Shown: positions 19,067 through 29,498 of the stretch, piece by piece
Position numbering within the stretch: the stretch's first letter is position 1
Layout of the letters: every line of letters starts with the position of its first letter
From: Deltaproteobacteria bacterium
GTDB lineage: Bacteria > Myxococcota > JACRCW01
Direction of reading: 5' to 3'
Assembly: GCA_016218805.1 (NCBI GenBank)
Contig: JACRCW010000035.1
Location: 1-64,000, forward strand
DNA: 64,000 bases
Notes under the pieces: model-generated
Databases searched by the model: none
The model's input: only the letters and a program-made list of their open reading frames with translations
What the model was told of the DNA's origin: nothing
Made by a program: the position numbers and the translations under genes

Positions 19067-19213
19067 GCGGCGCCGCATGCTTCCACGGCCCCGTGGTGCC
19101 ACCAAGCGCGGGACCTGGCCTGCCCCCCGCCTACGCTGGACGCGCCGTTGCAAGGCTGCAGCGCGCAGTCCACCATTCCTCGCCGGTGCGGGGTGTCGGG
19201 ACGGAGGTTGTCG

Positions 19214-19774
19214 ATGTCGACCGTGTTGGCGGCCCAGTTGCTCAAGTCGCACCAGGTGCGCATTTCGCGGGCGCTGGCCCGGCAGATCCAGCAGATGGTC
19301 CCGCGCTACCGCGAAGTGGACGCGGGCCTGCTGGAAAAGAACATCCTCACGCTCATGGACGGCATGCACGCGCTTTTGGAACGCGGGGATGACCGCAAGC
19401 TGATGGGCGTGGTTGAGTACGTTGTACAAATCCGGTCCATTGGCGGATTCCAGACGGGCGAGTTCATGCTCGCCTGCCTGTGCTTCCTCCCGGTGATGCG
19501 CCGGTTCTTGGCCGACAAGCTGCCCATGGCGCAGGCCGTGGCGGCGTATGAGGCCGTAGAGAACGCCGCGCTGCCGTTGGTGGCGCGGCTTATCCCGCTT
19601 TATGAAAAAGCCGCCACCGCGTTCCACCAGACGGAGACCCCACCCGAGGTGGACATTGCCGCACTGCGCGGCTCCGGCTCCACGCTGGCCTTCCGCGTGG
19701 AATCCGTCACCGGCGGCGATGAGGAAGAAACCACGGAAATTGACCTGCGCACACCCGCCGCGCGCCGCGCGTGA
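19214..19774 (+). CDS. Hypothetical all-helical protein, RsbRD-N/non-heme globin-like sensor domain
   Basis: GGAGG RBS; host-like codons; helical pattern VVQIRSIGGFQTGEF; acidic tail. Confidence 0.55.
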   Translation: MSTVLAAQLLKSHQVRISRALARQIQQMVPRYREVDAGLLEKNILTLMDGMHALLERGDDRKLMGVVEYVVQIRSIGGFQTGEFMLACLCFLPVMRRFLADKLPMAQAVAAYEAVENAALPLVARLIPLYEKAATAFHQTETPPEVDIAALRGSGSTLAFRVESVTGGDEEETTEIDLRTPAARRA

Positions 19775-19805
19775 TGCCCATCCGGCGGACGGCGGCTGAC
19801 GGCCC

Positions 19806-20402
19806 TCACCCCAACCAGAGCGCCAACAACGGCACCAGCACCCCTGCCACCGCCAGCATCCCGCCGCGCCCGCGCAGCCCCTTGGGCCCCTTCACAATCA
19901 GCACGCCGGAAACCCCGAGAAACAGCAGCACCAGCGCGTAGCCGTCAGCCACGTACGTCCACGCCTGCCGGCGCTCATTGAGGTGCAGCATGTTGAACTC
20001 CCGCAGCACCGGCCGCGGCGTCTTGCGCGTCCACTCCGCCGTCCCGCGGGAAGGAGTGTAGTCCACCACGTCCGTCTCCCCGTCCGCGTAGAACAGGCCC
20101 AGCCGGTCCGGCGCGCGCCAGAACGCCTTGCGCGGCGCCTCCGCGCGGCCCAGCGCGCGTGACAAGGACGTCACCAGCTCCGCCTGCCGCGCCCGCGCCA
20201 GCTCACCGTCGGTGCCCGCGCCGCCGCCCAGCAACACCGCCGGCCGCCCCACCTCATGCACCGTGCGCGTGACCGCGTGGTTGTAGTCCCAGTGCTCGCG
20301 GTGGTTCACCGCCACGCCGCTGACCGCGTACACCACCGTCAGTCCCAGGCCAAAGAAGCCCAGGTCGCGATGCAACCAGACAAGCGTCTGCCGCCAGCCC
20401 AT
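19806..20402 (-). CDS. PepSY-associated TM helix protein
   Basis: WLHRDLGFF..YAVSGVAVNHR, FNMLHLN, W..VADGYA..GVSG. Confidence 0.85.
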   Translation of the reverse strand: MGWRQTLVWLHRDLGFFGLGLTVVYAVSGVAVNHREHWDYNHAVTRTVHEVGRPAVLLGGGAGTDGELARARQAELVTSLSRALGRAEAPRKAFWRAPDRLGLFYADGETDVVDYTPSRGTAEWTRKTPRPVLREFNMLHLNERRQAWTYVADGYALVLLFLGVSGVLIVKGPKGLRGRGGMLAVAGVLVPLLALWLG

Positions 20403-20409
20403 CAGCGCG

Positions 20410-20997
20410 TCAAATGAAGTCCGCGCCCGTGGCCCGCACCACCACCTGCTTCACACTCCCCGCCACCGCAGCGGGGTCACCCAGCTTGTGCTCGCCGGCC
20501 AGGTGCTGCGCCTGCTCCGCGGCCAGTTCAAGCACCTCCACCACGCCTTCCGCCTCCGCGGTCTTGCCAATGGAGCCCGGAGGAACCAGGAAGCTTGGCG
20601 TGGTCAGCACGCGCACCGTGCGCCCGCTCTGGTCCTCCGCCACCAGCGCAAACCACGCGCGCTTGTGCTGGCACATCGCCGTCACGTCGCCCTTGAGGCG
20701 CACGCGCTTGCCCGCAAAGGCATCCGGGCTGGCCAACAGGTCGGAGACCGTCACCGGCGCGGCGTCGGACAGCGCGGCGCCCACGTGCGTCACCGCCTGG
20801 CCGCGCTCGTCCTGGCGCGTGGTCACGCGGTCATCCGTCAGCGCGGTGGTCTCCGCGCCGCACGCGTGCTCGCCCTTGGCGTGTTCAGCGGGCGCGTGGG
20901 GGGCGGACGGGGCGGCGGAGACGGCCTGCGGCGGGAGCTCCGGCCCGCGGCAGGCGGCAAGGACAAGGAGGGTGGTGGTGACCAGGATGCGGCGCAT
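20410..20997 (-). CDS. DUF4920-like OB-fold lipoprotein
   Basis: Lipobox LAAC; GKRVRLKGDVTAMCQHKRAW, FLVP, AQHLAGE, ATGA end. Confidence 0.75.
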   Translation of the reverse strand: MRRILVTTTLLVLAACRGPELPPQAVSAAPSAPHAPAEHAKGEHACGAETTALTDDRVTTRQDERGQAVTHVGAALSDAAPVTVSDLLASPDAFAGKRVRLKGDVTAMCQHKRAWFALVAEDQSGRTVRVLTTPSFLVPPGSIGKTAEAEGVVEVLELAAEQAQHLAGEHKLGDPAAVAGSVKQVVVRATGADFI

Positions 20998-21146
20998 GGG
21001 TGGCTCCTCTGCAAGGGCGCGACGACGGCGCGCTGGCTACCACCGCGGAAGCGGGACGCCAACGCGCGCCCCGACGACGCAAGGGCCAACTGGGACGCGA
21101 GCACGCATGCTGACGCTGCCGGAACGGAAGGTCCGCGCGGCGCGGT

Positions 21147-22673
21147 TCATTTCTCCGTGAGCAGCTGTTTGAGCGCCTCGGTGGGGCGGCGGTCTCCCTG
21201 CATCAGTTTGGCGGCTTTACGCAGGTGGCCGTCCGCCGCCGTGCGGTCACCGCGCAGCCGGGCGATCTCACCCGCGTAGTAATGCGCCACGCCGCACTCC
21301 GGGTCCATGCGCAGCACGTCGGTGAGCGCGGCGCGCGGCTCGTCAGGTTGGGCCGGCCGCAGGCGGAAGCGGCACCACGCCAGGTCCGCCTGGAACGCCG
21401 CGTTCTGCGGATCGCAATCCGCGGCAAACTCCAGCAGCGGCAGCGCCTCACTGAACCGTGCCGCCGCCAGGTGCGCGGCGCCTTTGTGGTGCTGCGCATC
21501 CGCGTCCAGGATCTCCGTGCGGATGGCAAAGGCGTTGCCCGCCGCCCGCGGTGAGTCGTCACGCGCCTGCATGCGTTTCCAGGCCAGGCTGTTGCGCGCC
21601 TCCGGGTCCATGAGGGTGGCAAACGCGCGCGCCCCGGCCACAAACAGGTCCTGCGCCTTGTCCTGGAGCGCCGCCAGCGACGGGTGCTCAAACTCCCACG
21701 GCGCGTACTTGCGCGCGAAGCTCAGCCAGTGCTCGCGGATGCGCGCCGGGGTGGCGTCATGGGCGACCCCCAGCAGGTCAAATGCGTCCTGCCGGCGGTG
21801 GTTGAGGTACGCGCGGGTGACGTCGTTGCGCAGCCGCTCCATCTCGGCCTGCGGCATCGGCTCGGGGGACGGCGCGGGTTCGGCCGGCGGCGTGAGGTCC
21901 ACCACGGGTGCGGGCGGGGCCGCGGTGAGCGGTGGCGCGGCCGCGGGGAGTTCATCCTCCGGCAGCACAATCCCCAGCACGTGCAGCGCGTGCAGCAGGC
22001 GCGTCAGCTCGTCCGGCGGGAGGCGGCTGTCCGCCATGAGCTGGTCCAGGCGCTGCGGCGCACGCAGCAGCTGCGCCACGCGCGCGTGCCGCGGCGAAAG
22101 CCGCAGCGACCCCAGCGTCACGGCGGGGGACGGGTGCAGCGCCAGCGGCCGGCCCACCAGCCCCGCCACGCCCTCGTCCACAACGGGCTGCGGCGCGTAG
22201 CGGGTGATGCCGGTGAGCACCAGCTGCGGGACGCGCACCTTCAACGCGCTGTCCACCGCCGGCACTTCCGCGTGGAGGCGGAAGGTGCCCTCGCGCCAGG
22301 TGAAGGCGTCCAGCAGCTTGTACGCCAGGTTCTGCTGCAGGACCTTGAACAGCTCAAACGCGCTCAGCAGTTCGGCGCGCAGCAGCACGTCCGCCAACGA
22401 CGACGACGACTTGGCACTCTCCGCCAGGCACTTCTGGTAGGCGTCCTCCGCCAGCCGCCCGCGCGTGACGAGGAACTTGCCCAGCGTCTCGTGCAGCAGG
22501 TTGCTGCGGCAGTCCACCGGGACGCCGTCCTCCAGCACCACGCGCTTCTCCAACTGGTTGCGCCGCAGTTCCAGGACCACCGTGCGTTCATCGCGCGCCA
22601 GCGCCCACAACAGGTGCGCAAACGACAGGTCCCGCAGCGTGCCTTCGCGGAGTTTGCCCAGGTCCACCGTCAT
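21147..22673 (-). CDS. DUF4388 + J-like domain + TPR protein
   Basis: EGTLRDLSFAHLL, SNLLHETLGKFL, FTWREGTFR; DAFDLLGV J-like segment; C-terminal TPRs. Confidence 0.8.
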   Translation of the reverse strand: MTVDLGKLREGTLRDLSFAHLLWALARDERTVVLELRRNQLEKRVVLEDGVPVDCRSNLLHETLGKFLVTRGRLAEDAYQKCLAESAKSSSSLADVLLRAELLSAFELFKVLQQNLAYKLLDAFTWREGTFRLHAEVPAVDSALKVRVPQLVLTGITRYAPQPVVDEGVAGLVGRPLALHPSPAVTLGSLRLSPRHARVAQLLRAPQRLDQLMADSRLPPDELTRLLHALHVLGIVLPEDELPAAAPPLTAAPPAPVVDLTPPAEPAPSPEPMPQAEMERLRNDVTRAYLNHRRQDAFDLLGVAHDATPARIREHWLSFARKYAPWEFEHPSLAALQDKAQDLFVAGARAFATLMDPEARNSLAWKRMQARDDSPRAAGNAFAIRTEILDADAQHHKGAAHLAAARFSEALPLLEFAADCDPQNAAFQADLAWCRFRLRPAQPDEPRAALTDVLRMDPECGVAHYYAGEIARLRGDRTAADGHLRKAAKLMQGDRRPTEALKQLLTEK

Positions 22674-22719
22674 GGGCGCAGTCTTCCACGCCGGGCGGGG
22701 GCCGTTAAGGGGCGGGGGG

Positions 22720-25700
22720 TCAGCGCAGGGCCCAGGTCAGCGTGAAGCCCAGCGCGGCGTTGACGGAGTAGCTGTCCAGCACCAGCACGTAGGTCTGCAC
22801 CGCGGTGCCGCTGTTGGTGACCGTCACCGTTTCCACGGGCGCCCGGTCTGACCCGGCCACGCAGCTTGGTGCCGACAGCGTGGGGCACGCGTCCAGCACC
22901 CACAGCGACGCATCATTGCCGCTTTCCGCAAACGTGAAGGACACATCCAGGGTCTGCGCGGGCTGCAACGCAAAGCGGTAGAACCCGTCCGGTCCCATGG
23001 AGGAGTAACCGGTACAAACGCCGTAGTCCGACGCAGACAGGTCATTGACGAAACCATCCAGCGTGCCCGTGACGGGGCTGGGCGCCAGCAGCAGGTCCGG
23101 TGCGGCGGAGCACGCGTCCGACGGGGTGGGCGCCTGCAACGACGCGGTGCCATGGAACGTGAGCCCCGCGGTGGCCGGCTGCGAATGCACGGCGAGCCAA
23201 TAGGTGCCGGCGGTGGGCAGCACCACGGTGGACGGGTTGGTCCCGAGCGCGCCGCAGCCCACCTCGCTGCCGCACGCGGTGGAGCCAACGCCCCAGAACA
23301 GCAGCGGGTTGTCGTCCATCTGGTCCAGGCGGATGGTGAGCGGCAGCGAAACATCCGTGACGTTGAGCCGGTAATGGACATCACGGCCCGCCGTGGTGCG
23401 GCACGCCGTGGAGCCCCAGTCCCCGCTGGCGAGGATGGTGCTCCCGCTGAAGGAGACGGACCGCGTGGCGCCGCCCAACGACCCCAGGTCCACGGCGAGC
23501 GCGCACCGGTCGTTGGCAGGCACGGCGTCGATGTACTCAAGCTGCACGCGGAACGGGCCCTGGTCCTGGTAGGCCGCTCCCTGGACCACGACGAGGTAGC
23601 CGTTGCCCGGCACGACGGACACCGGGCCCGCGGCGTAGGGTCCCAGCGGGTCACAGGAGCGCTGCAGGATGTTGGCGCACGCGCCCTCCTCCATGATGGC
23701 CACGTTGCCCGGCAGCGCGTTGGCGGGGTCATCCAACACGCGCACGGCGCCGCTGGTGCCCGCGGTGAAGCGGTAGACCACGTCGGGCGCGTCCGCGGGC
23801 GCGGTGCAGCCGGTGATCATGTCCGCGCCGCCGCCCGCCGTGGTCCCGGCCAGCAGGAATGGCGACCCCGCGGAGCTGAGCGTCCCGAGGTCCATCGCCG
23901 TGGGGCAGTCCACGTTGGTGGCGCCCGCTTCAAATGCCAGGTCCACGTCGATCAACGGGTCTGCCTGCGCGTCGAATGCCTGGACCACCAGCGCGTATTC
24001 GGCGGTGGCGCGGACGGGGAGCGCGCGGCCGTCCGCTGCCGCGGTGCACGCGCGCTCCATCAGCGTGGTGCAGTCATTGCGCGTGAGTTCCACCACGTAC
24101 AGCGTGCCGTTGAACGGCGTCACCGGCGTGGCCCGGATGACGCCGGTGGAAGGTGCCACAAAGCGGTGCCACGAGTCCCGCGCCTCCGGCGGCGGCTGGG
24201 TGCAGTTGGTGACCTGGATGGGCCAGGACTGGGCGGACCGGGCAATGTTGGCGCGCACCCGCACGGGCGCTCCCACGGCGGGCGGCGTGATCATCTCCGC
24301 GGTGGCACACGTGGTGTGGGCGCCCGCCTCCACGTACTCCAGCTCGCCCTGGAACGGGCCACCACGGAGCGGGTCATTGTCCATGACCGCCATCCGGTGC
24401 AGCGCGGTTGCCTCCACGTTCATCCACGGCGTGCCGGTGGTGGTCAGCGGCGCGCAGCCCTGCACCGTGCGGCTGGTGCACCCGTCGGACGTGAGGGCCA
24501 CGCGGACGCTGCTGCCCGGTGTGCCCGTCATGCGGGCGCGGACCACGCCGGACCCGGCAACCTGGACGGCGTAGTAGACGTCCGCACCGTAGCCGGGTCC
24601 GCACAGGTCCAGTTCGGCGGACGCGGACGCGGTGTCACCCGAGAACGCCGCGGTACGGGAAGCGGGACTCAACAGCGGCAGCCCCTGGGCCGCGGTGCAG
24701 TCGTTGTTGCCCGGCGGCGGCACCAGGTCCACCTGGACGTCCACAGGGCCCACGGGGAGCCCCGCCTGGCCGCGCACACAGACACCCAGCACGTCCGCCG
24801 CCGCCACCCGTACGCGCGCGTGCGGACACAGGTCCGCCCCAGTGGGCACGTCCACCACGCCCGTGGTGCGCTGGGCCTCCACCACCACATCACCGGTGCA
24901 CGCCGTGCCGTCGGTCACGCGCACGTGGGCGGCGCCCGCCGCGGTGCTGCGGAAGGTCATGCAGTCCTCGTCAAACCCGGGGCCCACGGAGACCTGGTAC
25001 TGCGCGGGAATGTCCATCGCGACCGTGCCATCCGGCGTCGGCGGATCGTCCCCTACCTCGGTGTTGACGCCGGGCCCCCACGCACACGCCGGCAGCGCCG
25101 GAGGCGGGAGGTGCCACAACACAAAACCGTTGCCCGACGGCGCCGTGACGTCCTCCACCTCCGACGCCAACTCGACGCCGTTGCAGTCCAGGCGCGCCAG
25201 GTGCGCGCCGCCTCGCACCGCCAGGCCCACCACCAACCCGCCGTCCGCGGTCCGGTGCAGCGTCTCCAAACCCACCCGTGCACCGGAGCCGGACGGCGTG
25301 ACGCGTGCCACGCCGCGCACGGCGCCCTGGGCGTCCAGCCGGACCACCAGGCCCGGTGACATCCCGCGCTGCGCCACGCTGCCGCGGACAAAGTACTCCT
25401 CCACGCGGGGTGACGAAGCGCCCGGCATGGTGCGGCGCAGGCGCACGATGCGTTCGCCGCCACCGGCCAGGGCCACCGCGCCGCCGGGCAGGCCCAGGGA
25501 GAGCGGCAGCAGCACTGGCGGGGACAGCCGCCCACCGCTGAACCGGGTGTCGGCCTCGCCCAGCACGTCCACGCCAAACACGCTGGCACCCGCAGCGTCC
25601 AATGACAGCACCCACGTCACGGGCTCTGCCAACGGGGAGGACGCCGTCACGCCGCCGGGCGCCAGCAGCACGCCATCCCAGACCTGGCCGGCCATCAACG

Positions 25701-28068
25701 TGCCGGGCGCCTGGGCGACCACGTGCAGGTCCAACCACGGCGGGCTGACGCCGGAGCTGGGGACCACGCCCAACGGCAGCGTGGTGACGCGGGGAGGACC
25801 GCCGCTCCAATCCGTGCCCCACAGCGCCACGCCGCCGTCCGGCGCGGCGGGGAAGCCCGCGTCCGGAACCCCGGCGTCACCCGCGCCCAGGTTGGGTTGG
25901 CCCGTGTAGCTGACGGGGACCACCGGCCCATCCTGCGCGGGCCCGGAGAGGCTCAGCGTGGTGGCAAAGTTGCCAACCGACGCCACCACCGACAGCCCCA
26001 CCAGCTCGGCGGTGAGGTCGGGCGCGAACACGCGCAATTCCCCGGATTCGGTCCCCAGCTCAAAGTCCTGCAGCTGCCGCACCAGCGCCACCCGCCCCGT
26101 GACGGGATCCGTGACGACGTTGGGAAGGGGGCCGGCCGCGTAGGCCGTGGACGGGACAGGCAGGGCGGCCTGCCGGGGGGTGAGGCCGTTGGCATCCGGG
26201 AACGCCAGCAGCACCGTGCCCCCGGGCGCCGCATCCGGAACACCGTTGATCCGCAGCGGCGCGTCCGACTGGAAACCCACGTGCACCCAGCCACCGCCTG
26301 CAGACACGCCCGTGACGTCCACGCGGGCCTGCGGCTGCACCACGTCCACGACGGAGCGCCACCGACAGCGGCCGTTGACCCCCACGCGCACCACCACCAC
26401 GCCGCCCATCAACGTGCCCTGCGACGGCCCCACGGGCGCGCACGCGGACCCGGGAAAGCTCATCCCGTCATCCTGGCCCAGCGCGACGACGTAGCCGTCC
26501 GCCGCCACCGTGGCTCCCCACGCGCTGGTGACCGTCCCGGCGTGCCCTCCGGCATCCGCACCCGCGGCCGGGCGTTCCACCAGCAGCGCCGTCTGCGTCA
26601 GCCCAAACGGTCCCACCGCCGCATCCGGCGGCGGACCGGCGTCAAATCCCGCGTCAAATCCAGCGTCCACCCCGGCGTCGACAGGCCCGGCGTCGTGCCC
26701 CGCGTCGGGGACGCCCGCATCCGGGAGCTCGCACGGGTCCCGGTTGGCCGTGCACCCCGGGAACCGGTCGGACAGGTCGCAGACCCGGTCATGGTCCAGG
26801 TCAAAGCGGAGCGGATCCTGGTCGCACGTCGGGCTGTCGGGGACCTCGCCCGCCGGACCGCAGTGGCACGCGGGGAAGGAGCCCGCGCCCAGCTCGTCGG
26901 CGTCCACCTGGCCGTCCAAATCGTCGTCACAGTCCCAGCGCGTCCCGCCCTCGTCGCACGGGACGTTGGGGTCACGCCCGGCGCGCAGGCACTCCGTCAC
27001 GCAGTGCGCGGTCCCCGCGTAGGGGAACCCGTCTCCGTCCATGTCCACGCCGCCGGCCCGGGACACCAGCAGCCGCCCCAGCTCCACCACCTGCCCCGCC
27101 ACGACGACAAACGAGAACCGCAGCGGCAAATAGTCGTCGCCCAGCTCAATGGTCACGTCGTACACGCCGGGCGGCAGTCCGCTGGTGTCAAACCGCAGTT
27201 CGCCGCCGCTGTCCCCCGTGATGATGCGGCCGTTGCCCGGCGTGAGGACGACGGGCGCGCCCCCCAGCGCGGGCACCAGCGTGATGACCAGCCCCTCAAA
27301 CAGGCCCTGCTGCACCACGCCCAGGCCGCTGGTCTGCGTGGGCCCCGGGGGCTCCAGCAGCGTCCCACCCAGGTGCCCGTCGTCCACCTGCGAGTTCAGC
27401 AGCAACGGCGCGGGGAGTTCCGTGGCCTGGGCCTCCTCCACGGTGGCGCGCAGGCGCTGGCTGCCCTGCCCCATCCGCGCGGCCTGGACCTCCCATTCGC
27501 CCGCGCCCACGCCTTCAAACCGGAACGCACCGGTGGCCGGGTCAGGAAACGCGCGGTGCTCACTGAGCTCAAATGCCCCGTTGAGCGGATTGGACTGGAA
27601 CAGGTTCACCGCCACGTCGGCGTACGGAGGGACCGGGCCGGCCACGGTGTTCTCCACCCGCCCGGTGATGGTCCCGGGACGCAGCAGCTCCACAGAGCCA
27701 AGGTCAATGCCGGAGCGCTTGGTGCGGCCCGCGGGGATGCGGATCTTCACAGACAGCACGCGGCCCAGGTCCGGCACGCCGTCGCGGTCGGGGTCCCAGC
27801 TCACCTGCAGGACGTGCTCGCCCTCCGGGAGGTTGCGCACCACAAAGCGCCCGTCGTCATGGGTGGTCCGGATGACCGCGCTGCCCCGGACGCGCACGCG
27901 CGCGCCTTTGAGGTTGCGGCTCCCCACCTCGTGCGGCGGCACGCCAAACACCACCGCGGTGACGTCGCCTTCGCCCAGTTCAATGGGGAGCTTGTCCGGC
28001 AGGTAGATGCACCCCGTCAGGACACTCCATGACACCAGCGCGGCCCACCGCCCCGCGTGCCTGCTCAT
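22720..28068 (-). CDS. Giant (1782 aa) Cys-rich surface lipoprotein: carboxypeptidase-regulatory-like domains, Ca-binding DxDxD motifs, five C-terminal repeats
   Basis: GGAGG RBS, lipobox LTGC, DPDRDGVPD, DDDLDGQVD, DLDHDRVCD, xxxxC..A / DVxY repeats. Confidence 0.8.
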   Translation of the reverse strand: MSRHAGRWAALVSWSVLTGCIYLPDKLPIELGEGDVTAVVFGVPPHEVGSRNLKGARVRVRGSAVIRTTHDDGRFVVRNLPEGEHVLQVSWDPDRDGVPDLGRVLSVKIRIPAGRTKRSGIDLGSVELLRPGTITGRVENTVAGPVPPYADVAVNLFQSNPLNGAFELSEHRAFPDPATGAFRFEGVGAGEWEVQAARMGQGSQRLRATVEEAQATELPAPLLLNSQVDDGHLGGTLLEPPGPTQTSGLGVVQQGLFEGLVITLVPALGGAPVVLTPGNGRIITGDSGGELRFDTSGLPPGVYDVTIELGDDYLPLRFSFVVVAGQVVELGRLLVSRAGGVDMDGDGFPYAGTAHCVTECLRAGRDPNVPCDEGGTRWDCDDDLDGQVDADELGAGSFPACHCGPAGEVPDSPTCDQDPLRFDLDHDRVCDLSDRFPGCTANRDPCELPDAGVPDAGHDAGPVDAGVDAGFDAGFDAGPPPDAAVGPFGLTQTALLVERPAAGADAGGHAGTVTSAWGATVAADGYVVALGQDDGMSFPGSACAPVGPSQGTLMGGVVVVRVGVNGRCRWRSVVDVVQPQARVDVTGVSAGGGWVHVGFQSDAPLRINGVPDAAPGGTVLLAFPDANGLTPRQAALPVPSTAYAAGPLPNVVTDPVTGRVALVRQLQDFELGTESGELRVFAPDLTAELVGLSVVASVGNFATTLSLSGPAQDGPVVPVSYTGQPNLGAGDAGVPDAGFPAAPDGGVALWGTDWSGGPPRVTTLPLGVVPSSGVSPPWLDLHVVAQAPGTLMAGQVWDGVLLAPGGVTASSPLAEPVTWVLSLDAAGASVFGVDVLGEADTRFSGGRLSPPVLLPLSLGLPGGAVALAGGGERIVRLRRTMPGASSPRVEEYFVRGSVAQRGMSPGLVVRLDAQGAVRGVARVTPSGSGARVGLETLHRTADGGLVVGLAVRGGAHLARLDCNGVELASEVEDVTAPSGNGFVLWHLPPPALPACAWGPGVNTEVGDDPPTPDGTVAMDIPAQYQVSVGPGFDEDCMTFRSTAAGAAHVRVTDGTACTGDVVVEAQRTTGVVDVPTGADLCPHARVRVAAADVLGVCVRGQAGLPVGPVDVQVDLVPPPGNNDCTAAQGLPLLSPASRTAAFSGDTASASAELDLCGPGYGADVYYAVQVAGSGVVRARMTGTPGSSVRVALTSDGCTSRTVQGCAPLTTTGTPWMNVEATALHRMAVMDNDPLRGGPFQGELEYVEAGAHTTCATAEMITPPAVGAPVRVRANIARSAQSWPIQVTNCTQPPPEARDSWHRFVAPSTGVIRATPVTPFNGTLYVVELTRNDCTTLMERACTAAADGRALPVRATAEYALVVQAFDAQADPLIDVDLAFEAGATNVDCPTAMDLGTLSSAGSPFLLAGTTAGGGADMITGCTAPADAPDVVYRFTAGTSGAVRVLDDPANALPGNVAIMEEGACANILQRSCDPLGPYAAGPVSVVPGNGYLVVVQGAAYQDQGPFRVQLEYIDAVPANDRCALAVDLGSLGGATRSVSFSGSTILASGDWGSTACRTTAGRDVHYRLNVTDVSLPLTIRLDQMDDNPLLFWGVGSTACGSEVGCGALGTNPSTVVLPTAGTYWLAVHSQPATAGLTFHGTASLQAPTPSDACSAAPDLLLAPSPVTGTLDGFVNDLSASDYGVCTGYSSMGPDGFYRFALQPAQTLDVSFTFAESGNDASLWVLDACPTLSAPSCVAGSDRAPVETVTVTNSGTAVQTYVLVLDSYSVNAALGFTLTWALR
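26618..26725 (-). repeat. In-frame DAG linker repeat (12-15 bp units)
   Basis: Encodes PDAGVPDAGHDAGPVDAGVDAGFDAGFDAGPPPDAA; GCGTCAAATCC repeated. Confidence 0.8.
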
Positions 28069-28222
28069 TGCACACCTCCCATGCGGAGTGGAGCCCACGC
28101 TGCAACGGGCCGCCCCTCCCCCACGGGCGCAGTAGCGCCCGCCTTGGGGCACCACAAGTGCACCGGGTGGTTGACGACGAGACGCGCGGTGAACCGGCAG
28201 CGCGGGCCGGACCCCGAGGGAG

Positions 28223-28861
<639 letters not shown>

Positions 28862-28941
28862 GCTCGCCTCCGCGCGGGACACGAACCGTCCCGCCGTCTC
28901 GCACTTGGATGCCGGCGGCTGCGCCGCGGTTCGGACCGCCG

Positions 28942-29412
28942 TCAGGCCTGCAGCGCCTTGTCTATGGCGCCACGCAGGGACTTGCTGTCCGGCCCCACCG
29001 CGCTGTTGAACGAATCGATCACCTCGCCGTCCTTGCCGACGAGGAACTTGTGGAAGTTCCACTTGGGCTCGCCGTGGTCCTCGGTGAGGAAGCCGTACAG
29101 CGGCGCCTTGGCCTTCCCCTTGACCACCATCTTCTCGGTCAGCGGGAAGCGCACGTGGAACTTGGTCTCGCAGAACGCCTGGATCTGCTCGGGCGTCCCC
29201 GGTTCCTGCGCGCCAAAGTCGTTGGATGGCACGCCCAGCACCACCAGGCCCTTGCCTGCGTACTCCTCGTGGAGCTTTTCCAGCCCGGCATATTGGGGCG
29301 TGAAACCGCACTCGCTGGCCGTGTTCACCACCAGCACCACCTTGCCCTTGTACTGGGTCAGCGGATGGTCCTTCCCGTCCAGCGCCTTCACCGTGAAATC
29401 ATGGAAGCACAT
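28942..29412 (-). CDS. Glutathione peroxidase (Cys type)
   Basis: VVNTASECGFTPQY, PSNDFGAQEPG, PKWNFHKFL; GAGGAGG RBS. Confidence 0.95.
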   Translation of the reverse strand: MCFHDFTVKALDGKDHPLTQYKGKVVLVVNTASECGFTPQYAGLEKLHEEYAGKGLVVLGVPSNDFGAQEPGTPEQIQAFCETKFHVRFPLTEKMVVKGKAKAPLYGFLTEDHGEPKWNFHKFLVGKDGEVIDSFNSAVGPDSKSLRGAIDKALQA

Positions 29413-29498
29413 GGTTCCTCCTCGGCGTAACGGATGCCGGAGCGCGCCGTGGGATTCGCCGTTGCCGCGCCCACACACTGCCGGATACACCGGCCTGC

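Noticed and set aside
28862..28941. Possible FMN riboswitch upstream of ribA
   Set aside because: Only 80 nt with one hairpin (GCGGGAC/GTCCCGC); no RFN consensus
28942..29412. Possible selenocysteine glutathione peroxidase
   Set aside because: Active-site codon is TGC (Cys); no in-frame TGA
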